NCBI RefSeq assembly: GCF_031769215.1
Contig: NW_026781907.1
Span: forward strand, 1,860,001-1,924,000
Source of the DNA: Ylistrum balloti
Lineage: Eukaryota
DNA length: 64,000 bases
Reading direction: 5' to 3'
A program made the translations under genes and the position numbers. Each line of letters begins with the position of its first letter. Position 1 is the stretch's first letter. The notes under the pieces are model-generated. The model saw only the letters and a program-made list of their open reading frames with translations, was not told the DNA's origin and did no database searches. Below, piece after piece: positions 53,625 through 64,000 of this stretch.

Positions 53625-54582
53625 TAAGTTACTACAGAAAGTCTGCCCAGATCGGATTATTTAGATATGTAAGTTAGTGAGAGAATGTCCGGTCTGTCCG
53701 TTGTCTAGTAGACCTGTACGTCACCGCAGGAAGTCTCGCTAGTCCGGTGTTTAAGTCACTACAGAATGTCCGGTCTGTCCGGTGTTTAGTAGGCCTGTAG
53801 GTCACTACAGAGTGTCCGGTCAGTCCGCTGTTTAGTAGGTATGTAGGTCACTACGGAGTGACTGGTCAGTCCGGTGTTTAGTAGGCCTATAGGTCACTAC
53901 AGAGTGTCTGGTCAGTCCGGTATTTAATAGGCCTGTAGGTCACTACAGAGTGTCTGGTCAGTCCGGTGTTTAGTAGGCCTATAGGTCACCACATAATGTC
54001 TGGTCAGTCCGGTATTCAGTAGGCCTGTAGGTCACTACAGAGTGGCTGGTCAGTCCGGTGTGTGTAGGCCTGTAGGTCACTACAGAGTGTCTGGCCAGTC
54101 CGGTGTGTGTAGGCCTGTAGGTCACTACAGAGTGTCTGGTCAGTCCGGTGTGTGTAGGCCTGTAGGTCACTACAGAGTGTCTGGTCAGTCCGGTGTGTGT
54201 AGTCCTGTAGGTCACTACAGAGTGTCTGGTCAGTCCGGTGTGTGTAGGCCTGTAGGTCACTACAGAGTGTCTGGTCAGTCCGGTGTGTGTAGGCCTGTAG
54301 GTCACTACAGAGTGTCTGGCCAGTCCGGTGTGTGTAGGCCTGTAGGTCACTGCAGAGCGGCTGGTCAGTCCGGTGTTTAGTAGGCCTGTAGGTCACTACA
54401 GAGTGTCTGGTCAGTCCGGTGTGTGTAGGCCTGTAGGTCACTACAGAATGTCTGGTCAGTCCGGTATTTAGTAGGCCTGTAGGTCACTACAGAGTGTCTG
54501 GTCAGTTCGGTGTTTTGTAGGCCTGTAGGTCACTACAGAGTGTCTGGTCAGTCCGGTGTTTGTAGGCCTGTAGGTCACTACA
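53625..54582. repeat. 45-bp minisatellite, ~21 copies
   Basis: Unit taggcctgtaggtcactacagagtgtctggtcagtccggtgtgtg. Confidence 0.97.
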
Positions 54583-55575
54583 AAATACATTGATACATAA
54601 AGTGGCATCCTCCTTTAGATATATAAAAAGGGCTAACAAGTCGTATACGGTCATTTTTGGACAGGTCATACAGTAGAGCTCTTCAAATGTCAAGTTACTG
54701 TCGGTATTGGTTGAGCGTCATGACCCCTCGTTGTCATAACTAAAGCATGCCTATCAAAAATCACCCATACGTTCACAAACTCATTATCGTTTTATAAATC
54801 TAAAAATTCTTTTACTACTAGGTGTAAGCTGTTTTACAGTGAAATTGATATGACATTCCTACGGTGCTATAGAAACAGTTGTACGACAGGTCAAAGAGTG
54901 ACAGGTTTTCTGCCAACTTATAACTCGCAGGTTTGTTTTACGAGCTACCAAAGCTTGCAGAAATGACACCGCCGATTGACAGAGCACTGGAGGTGACGGG
55001 TTGGTGTGAGAGAGGTATTTGTCTAGGCCGACCCCGCACAACACTGTTCCTTGTGTTGGTGATACGCCGTGCCTTATTTGGCTACCGCGACATATCTCAT
55101 CCTCTTCGGTGTACGTAATGACCCGTTGTAACATATTATGCAAAGACAAAAAACCATCCCGTGTCTAAAACCCGTTTTTCATTTTCCCGGCATAAACTGC
55201 GTGTGTCGTATATTCACTAACAATGTGTATCGTTAATGATGACTCCGAACCCACTACGGGCTGGTCCTCTAAGTCATATTAGAACAGTCGGTGTAGTTAA
55301 CGCAAAAGTCCCCAGGACAGATGACCGATAGGTCTGGACGGTGATGTGTTGGTTCCATAACGTTAACTAGCGCATGAGAATAAGTTACATTTCATTGTAT
55401 CTCAATTAAGTCTATATTTTTGCTAATTTGATGTTTAGTGGTTAACAAATATACATACCGTACTTACGTGAAAATTAATCTTTGAACGATTAAAATTTCC
55501 TAAACAAGTATGGCATTGTCCATATCTGAATCACATACCGGGTAACAGCCTGGTGATCAATACACAAAGGCAAAA

Positions 55576-56212
55576 CTTAAGATCTGTGTGAGAGTTAGTC
55601 TGTGTGAGCTTAAGATCTGTGTGAATGTAAGATCTGTGTGAGCTTAAGATCTGTGTGAGCCTAAGATCTGTGTGAGAGTGAGATTTGTGTGAGTCTAAGA
55701 CCTGTGTGAGCCTAAGATCTGTGTGAGAGCGAGATTTGTGTGAGTCTAAGATCTGTGTGAGATTTGTGTGAGTCTAAGATCTGTGTGAGAGTGAGATTTG
55801 TGTGAGTCTAAGATCTGTGTGAGTCTAAGATCTGTGTGAGATTTGTGTTAGTCTAAGACCTGTGTGAGATTTGTGTGAGTCTAAGACCTGTGTCTAAGAT
55901 CTGTGTGAGAGTGAGATTTGTGTGAGTCTAAGACCTGTGTCTAAGATCTGTGTGAGAGTGAGATTTGTGTGAGTCTAAGATCTGTGTGAGTCTAAGATCT
56001 GTGTGAGATTTGTGTGAGTCTAAGACCTGTGTCTAAGATCTGTGTGAGAGTGAGATTTGTGTGAGTCTAAGACCTGTGTCTAAGATCTGTGTGAGAGTGA
56101 GATTTGTGTGAGTCTAAGATCTGTGTGAGTCTAAGATCTGTGTGAGAGTGAGATTTGTGTGAGTCTAAGACCTGTGTGAGCCTAAGATTTGCGTGAGAGT
56201 GAGATTTGTGTG
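55576..56212. repeat. Irregular 15-bp-based minisatellite
   Basis: Mosaic of taagatctgtgtgag, agtgagatttgtgtg and taagacctgtgtc blocks. Confidence 0.95.
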
Positions 56213-57539
56213 GGATATTGCAATAGAAGGGCCATTTATACGACTGCAAATGGAATTTAATACAACATATGTTGTATTTGATCAGCCTCGACTTGCTGAT
56301 GGAACCGGTAGATTGGACGTCCCTCTATATCCTGGTTAAAGCTGAAGCACGCCACCTCGAGGCGTATGTTTTTCCTGTCCTTAGAACACCTCGAGTGGTC
56401 CATCTAAATATTTCGACGTGCAGATCGATATTTGGGTACTACTTTGAACGGCGTAAGACTCGTTTGTGATGTGTCACTTACGTTGAGACGTTTAAAACGG
56501 GTGAAAATAATTTATAAACATGGATGATATGTATACTGTACGCGCAATGCCCTGTTTCCCCCGAAAGCTCGTGCATTGTTACGTAACCGGTAACTGCCTG
56601 AAGCCTGCCAGACATTTTAGGACGAAAACAATGCCATTTAATGGAGCGATGTGATATATTCTTCACCACTTACACAGATAGCGCATCAACAGTCGCCAAC
56701 GCGCAGGAATTAGGTGTGATCAGATCAGTTAATCACGGGAGATACAATTTAGGTTTTCGGTAACAGAAACGGAACGAAACCTATCAAAACCAAAGGTGAA
56801 AACGGCAAATCGATGAAGTTAAATTCTTGAAGATAAAATACATTGTGAAAATGGGATGGCCAAATATAGATCTGTTTGGAATCTAAACATGAGAAAGAAA
56901 ACCGAGTGACATCCGATGTATTGTATTGATCCCGTCTATAAAACAGTATAAATGAACTGACATAGATGTATGTATGCAATTTCTTTTTGCATGAGTACCA
57001 GCTATTTCATATTTTACCTGACACAACTAGCGCACCGATCAGTTATGAACTGATAATCAAACTTAGCTGCTCTAATGACAGAACACGTGAGGAGTTGCTA
57101 TGATACGTTCTCTTAAGATAAAAGTGATCGATCAAAGCAAACTAAACGGCATGCTCTTTCCTTAAGGAAATCGTTTTCAGTCAGGGATACGTCACAAAAA
57201 CATAAATATGTATAATATAATGGCACCGAATTAGATACCGGATACATGTACCTGTATGACCCTCGGGATGTACAGATGTCTCAATGGTATCTCAGATTTT
57301 CTTACTCAAAAGTACACGTTTAACCCTGTACCCCTTAACACAACTACAATGCATACTAGTAAAGTGTAAAACGTACTTTACTTAAAACTGCATTTGGTAC
57401 AAGTACATTTTTGTACCGAAGTCTAACTATTCTGAACCGCTGACGATAAATGCGCTTGAGGGATTGAAATTCGTTAAAGATAACTTGGCGCATTGATTCA
57501 AAGTCAATAACGATCTACGGTAACAAAACTCAATTATTC

Positions 57540-57730
57540 AAAGACGTCTTGATAACTAGGCCAAATGATTCAAAGACGTTATGGACAACTAGATCAAATG
57601 ATTCAAAACTGTTAATGATAACTAGGTCAAATGATTCAAAACCTTTAACGATAACTAGGTCAAATTATTCAAGATCTTTATCGATAACTAGGTCAAATGA
57701 TTCAAAGTCTTTAACAATAGCTTGACCAAT
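57540..57730. repeat. 33-bp tandem repeat, ~5-6 copies
   Basis: (t/c)aactag at 57553, 57586, 57619, 57652 and 57685. Confidence 0.9.
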
Positions 57731-58103
57731 CATCCTTAAGCGATAACTAAACTCAATGGTTTCAACGCTGCCAATTATATTATAGCTACTGACTTCAATT
57801 GACTTTATAACTCGTTCAGTTTCCGTTGACTAACTATTCATTGTATTTGAAATTTGGAAATAAATTTGAATATCAATTAGAATATTAAGCTGGAAGAAAT
57901 GCCAAAGAAAAACCTTTGCTGAATATGAACTTTAAGAACCACCAAATTGCCAGTTAATATTCGAGTTAGTAACCTTCATATCTTCCGTTATCACATCAGC
58001 ACCCATATTCTATCTGAACGAAACAACAATAACTAAACAATACTCAATTATCAACTTTAAAAACACATTTTCCGTTGAAATGTCGACTTCAGAACAATCG
58101 TAA

Positions 58104-58661
58104 AAGACAAACAGACAGGACGCGGGTCCCTCAAATAAGCAATTAAGCGATGTCTCCAAGAGTACTCCGAAATCCGTGCTCGGTGTATTTATTAGACGAG
58201 GTTCGAGCGGCACGTGTGTACCGAAGGTGAGAGATGGTCAACCCCGGCTGATGTACTACCAGAACAGATTTACTTGTTCGGAGAAGGTGTGGACTCGGAG
58301 TCCGCCGTTGATTAAGACATGTTTCACTCAACTTCTATTACAGAAAATAATTATAGGTTGTCCATTCCTACAAGTCTGCCGCCGATTACAATTTGAGAAC
58401 AAAGAACAAAATATTGTTTCGGGGCCAACCCGGGTCTCTCCTTGTCCCCATTTTACAGCAATCACCTTATCAGGAGCATGTCAAACCTTGTCGCAATGCA
58501 GATATGTGCAATTACAGTGTGGAGTTGGCAATGACGTTGTTTATTTGAAGATTTATACAATCAGATTTCAGACGCCATTGTTACGTGCTTTAAATACAAA
58601 TAATTATCTTTGCGTCGAAATGAGGAGTTTATTCAGGAACATGACAGTAATCAACTTTTAA
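58104..58661 (+). other. Longest non-repetitive open frame (~185 codons) in CpG-rich unique sequence; coding status unresolved
   Basis: Stop-to-stop frame from 58104 to 58661. No recognisable domain and no clear splice boundaries. Confidence 0.25.
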
Positions 58662-59032
58662 AGTAAGGCTTCTTTACCGTTATTTTTTTCAACTGAAGTA
58701 ACGACCCTTCAAAAACAGTAACGATCACACAGTGTAATGATCTTTCACACAAAGAAATGATCTTTCAAATAATGTAATGTTACTCAAAGTGTTAATCTTT
58801 CACACAGAGTAAGTAACGTTACACAAAATAATGATCTTTCCCAAAAAGTAATGTTACACAAAGTGATGATCGTCTCACAGAGAAATGATCTTTCACGTAA
58901 AGTTATGATCTGTCATACACAGTAATGATCTATCTCACAAAGATATTCCGTACAAAAAAAATGACACCACTTCCGAATTAACTTTAAAAACTATTTAAAA
59001 ATTGTACACACAATAAGAGCAGTCATGGCCAT

Positions 59033-60330
59033 AACAGTGTAAATATGATACATACATATGTACACATGTACACTACTGTACTTACAGTGTAAATCTGATA
59101 CATGTTCACTACTGTACATACAGTGTAAATCTGATACATACACATGTACACTACTGTACATACAGTGTAAATATGATACATACACTTGTACACTACTGTA
59201 CATACAGTGTAAATCTGATACATACACTTGTACACTACTGTACATACAGTGTAAATCTGATACATACACTTGTACACTACTGTACATACAGTGTAAATCT
59301 GATACATACACTTGTACACTACTGTACATACAGTGTAAATCTGATACATACACTTGTACACTACTGTACTTACAGTGTAAATCTGATACATACATATGTA
59401 CACTACTGTACTTACAGTGTAAATCTGATACATGTTCATTACTGTACTTACAGTGTAAATCTGATACATGTTCACTACTGTACATACAGTATAAATCTGA
59501 TACATACACATGTACACTACTGTACATACAGTGTAAATCTGATACATACACATGTACACTACTGTACATACAGTGTAAATCTGATACATACACATGTACA
59601 CTACTGTACATACAGTGTAAATCTGATACATACACTTGTACACTACTGTATATACAGTGTAAATCTGATACATACACTTGTACACTACTGTACATACAGT
59701 GTAAATCTGATACATACACTTGTACACTACTGTACATACAGTGTAAATCTGATACATACACTTGTACACTACTGTACATACAGTGTAAATCTGATACATA
59801 CACTTGTACACTACTGTACATACAGTGTAAAACTGATACATACACTTGTACACTACTGTACATACAGTGTAAATCTGATACATACACATGTTCACTACTG
59901 TACAGTGTAAATCTGATACATACATATGTACACTACTGTACATACAGTGTAAATCTGATACATACACATGTACACTACTGTACATACAGTGTAAATCTGA
60001 TACATACACATGTACACTACTGTACATACAGTGTAAATCTGATACATAAACATGTACACTACTGTACAGTGTAAATCTGATACATACATATGTACACATG
60101 TACACTACTGTACATACAGTGTAAATCTGATACATACACTTGTACACTACTGTACATACAGTATAAAAGTGATACATGTATAACATATATATAGATAAAA
60201 CACTGTTACCAGATGGTGTTTACAGTTGATATGAAGCCAACCTGGTTGAAAGATAGAGTGTAAATCTGATACATAAACATGTACACTACTGTACAGTGTA
60301 AATCTGATACATACATATGTACACATGTCA
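59033..60330. repeat. 42-bp minisatellite, ~28 copies plus a displaced block
   Basis: Unit tacatacacatgtacactactgtacatacagtgtaaatctga. Confidence 0.98.
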
Positions 60331-60814
60331 CAAAGTGAATTTTATCACAGAATCGATTTTTAAGCAAATTTGATAGAAAACATTTCTACGTTAAACTCAA
60401 AGTACAGCGAGATGCCCTACATAGCCCCAACGTAATAGGCTCACGACATTTGAAGATTCTTGAAAAACGTATTTAAGAAATAAGAAATTGTCTCATTATT
60501 TTTCTGTTTTATTATTTGCATCGGTGTTCTGAAAATAAACCTTTGTTAAACTGGAAAATCATTACATTAATTAATGTGGATTTAAACGTTATGGACTATA
60601 TGGCGGAAGAATATGTTGAGTAAACAGTCATCAACCGTCGTGTTTAGATTTTATTCTTTCGGTTTTCAACTACCGCCGTGTTTCCGAAATAAATGTTCAT
60701 ATATAATGACATCAGTGATAATTGATGGTAATTGAGCTACCATATTGGCAAATCTTCTCGCTGACAGCGCGAATGTTTTTATTAACGCTTAATGAGGTGA
60801 GGTGTAATCTTTAC

Positions 60815-61980
60815 TACACAAAGATGTAATGTTAATTATACAGAAATGTAATGTTTACTATACAGAGATGTAATGTTTACTATACAGAGATGTAATGTTT
60901 ACTTTACAGAGCTGTAATGTTTACTACACAGAGATGTAATGTTTACGATACAGAGATGTAATGTTTACTATATAGAGATGTAATGTTTACTATACAGAGA
61001 TGTAATGTTTACTATACAGAGATGTAATGTTTACTATACACAGATGTAATGTTTACTATATAATGTTTACTATATAGAGATGTAATGTTTACTATACAGA
61101 GAAGTAATGTTTACTACACAGAGATGTAATGTTTACTATACAGAGATGTAATGTTTACTATACAGAGCTGTAATGTTTACTTTATAGAGATGTAGTGTTT
61201 ACTATACAGAGATGTTATGTTTACTATACAGAGATGTAATGTTTGCTATACAGAGAAGTAATGTTTGCTATACAGAAATGTAATGTTTACTATATAGAGA
61301 TGTAATGTTTACTATAAAGAGATGTAATGTTTACTATACAGAGAAGTAATGTTTCCTATATAGAGATGTAATGTTTACTATATAGAGATGAAATGTTTAC
61401 TATACAGAGAAGTAATGTTTACTATACAGAAATGTAATGTTTACTATATAGAGATGTAATGTTTACTATATAGAGATGTAATGTTTACTATATAGAGATG
61501 TAATGTTTACTATATAGAGATGTAATGTTTACTATATAGATATGAAATGTTTACGATACAGAGATGTAATGTTTACTATATAAATATGAAATGTTTACTA
61601 TACAGAGATGTAATGTTTACTATATAGATATGAAATGTTTACTATATAGAGATGTAATGTTTACTATATAGAGATGTAATGTTTACTATATAGAGATGTA
61701 ATGTGTACTATACAGAGCAGTAATGTTTACTATATAGATATGAAATGTTTACTATATAGAGATGTAATGTTTACTATATAGATATGTAATGTTTACTATA
61801 TAGAGATGTAATGTTTAATATACAGAGATGTAATGTTTACCATACAGAGATGTAATGTTTACTACACAGATATGTAATGTTAATCATACAGAGATGTAAT
61901 GTTTACTATACAGAGATGTAATGTTTACTATACAGAGATGAAATGTTTACTAAACAAAAATGTAATGTTTACTATATACG
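60815..61980. repeat. 22-bp minisatellite, ~52 copies
   Basis: Unit tgtaatgtttactatacagaga. Confidence 0.98.
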
Positions 61981-64000
61981 ATATGTACTTTCTACAGCAA
62001 AGTTTTTCTATAGGAGAGGAAACTGACAAAATTGATATTAGAGAAAAAGAAGAAACCGTGAGTTACAATATCGTCTTATGTATTATCTGTTTCCATTGAT
62101 TGACTACAAGTCCTTCCAACTTTGTATTGGATTAAGTCTTCTTTTATCATTGAATGTTAAAACATCTTAACGTCCTATCGTCTACAGACGCCGCCCTCTT
62201 CGTCACAATGTTGGTGATGTTCTTAACACGTTCTTTCTCGCTTGAAATATCTTAACACATTGCGGAGCATCAAATGATTTATTAACCATTTCGTCTTTGC
62301 AAGTTTTTTCTCCTTGTGTGCGGGAATCACAAACCCGTCACACGCAACATAAACGGAACTTAGATCAACATTAAAAGGAGCAAGCAATACTTCGTTTTAT
62401 GATCTGTTCTAATCCAACATGATCAGTAAGCACAAACCAAAAAAAAATGCAAGCCCTCGATTCCAGCCGATTCGATATCTTGGAATGTTTTAGCATGAAA
62501 GACCATGTCACTTTTATCAAACTGGTCAATCACCCAAACATTATCAAACAACAATCACCATGCCATCCTTTATGGATTATGAAAATATATGGAGTCCCGA
62601 TGGGAGAGTGATATCGATAACTAGACCACGCGCTGCGTGTCGGACATGACAAGTCCAGTTCTTACAACACACAAGCACGTCCGGGAGACCGAATATGTAA
62701 GTGAAACGGCGACGTTAAATGGGAGGGAGTGGACGGCTAAGTTCAATAAAACCGCCCTATACTTACACGCCATTATCGTCTGTTGAATGGTTATCATGCT
62801 TCATCTTGTCATAAGGTTCTTTTCAAGATAACCTTGAGTTCCAGGCCATTGTTACACACGCAGGAGGCTGTCACACGTGCATTACCCGTACATCTGCTAG
62901 ACGGCTACGTTTTACATTTGCACGTGTACTTAATGCAAACAAATAAAGTACAGATCTGCCTCTGTAACTTTGTATATTATCTATAGTACTGTGAGATGGT
63001 CGTTTATATCCAGACACAATTCACTTGTTGTGGTTACGATATCTCTCATAGCGTCAAAGACTACTGGGAAATTACTTGTGTGTGACTACAGTACATTTCA
63101 GTTAAATCTAGATTGTTTGGTACAGTGCTAAATCCCTTTGAGTATTCTGGATTGTACATATCTCCGAAATATCGATAAAGAGCTAAATTAAATGCTGGCT
63201 TTGTAAAAACTAAAAGAGTTTCGGTACTGTACAAATATTACATGTTTATTGACAATAAACTTTTTTGTAATATAGTTTGGTCATATCGTTTTCATTATAA
63301 TTAAACGAGGATAGACCAGCAACTACATATGTTTATCAAAATTGCCGGCACAAAATTATACATATGAATATCAAGTATTATACGTACACTGAATATCACA
63401 GAAAACAATACTTCCATGTACTTTTCGACTAAGAAAAAACTATTTAGTCTGTTTCTTTAAAGGATATATGCCTACGCATTTGATAACTGATATTTTTATG
63501 TATTACAAATCTATGTACCCTAGGTATCATATTTTATTCTGAAGTCAGAATTAGAAATAAAATGACGTCATATATTCATAAATTACATTCTGACGTCACA
63601 ATGGAGACTAGATGTAAAGACAAGAACGTCACGTGACAAGTTTGTTTTCTGCTATATCTGTCAATTTGAAATAATTAATCGTGTAATGAAAAAGGATCAA
63701 CATTTCGTTTCGTTTTCAATGTAATTTTTTAAACTCGTCACTTTTTTTCTTATCTTAACTCATCAGAGGCTCGTAAGAATGAAAACATCTTCGACTCGTT
63801 TCTTATAAAAACGAAAACCATGTATGGTCTTTAATTTATAGGTACCCCGTTATCAGTGAAACATCCATAACAAAAACATTGATATGACCATTACAGAATC
63901 TAGAGGGGTTTGTTCGTTATAAATCCATCGGAAACTAAACTCAATACATTGGAAGCCATTTGAAATAGTGCTTGAAACTTTGGTTGACGAGGATAAAAAA

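Noticed and set aside
13186-60186. Long ORFs (190-620 aa) at 13-14, 32-34, 37-38, 44-45, 54 and 59-60 kb
   Set aside because: They lie wholly within minisatellites, are open in several frames on both strands, and encode only the translated repeat unit. There is no unique N- or C-terminal domain.
25028-61980. CRISPR-like appearance of the 23-45 bp repeats
   Set aside because: The units are directly adjacent with no unique spacers, there are no cas genes, and the context is eukaryotic.
62640-62760. Possible SINE 3' end (gtaagtgaaacggcgacgttaaat)
   Set aside because: Too short and degenerate, with no A/B boxes or tRNA-like head visible.

Overview
This is AT-rich eukaryotic genomic DNA, repeat-dense and gene-poor, with two assembly gaps (28250-28476 and 30891-31136). 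The repeat families suggest a bivalve mollusc; that is an inference, not a search result. About one fifth of the window is minisatellite, and these arrays explain almost all long ORFs in the track. The best-supported gene is an unidentified spliced minus-strand gene with exons 43688-43775 and 42942-43094, plus possible upstream 22-nt micro-exons. Mobile DNA includes two tandem decayed Penelope-like (PLE) reverse-transcriptase ends at 22.1-23.2 kb, many dispersed copies of their terminal module, a TIR-bounded MITE, a Helentron-like non-autonomous element carrying a nested PLE fragment, a V-SINE-like fragment and probable LINE scraps. The most striking feature is at 23536-23670 (minus strand): three head-to-tail 45-nt units, each essentially a minimal hammerhead ribozyme. 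Two look intact. They lie just upstream of the PLE RT remnants, and three differently inactivated relatives occur elsewhere in the window. I found no supportable rRNA, tRNA or CRISPR array. All homology calls are by eye, from recalled consensus motifs.
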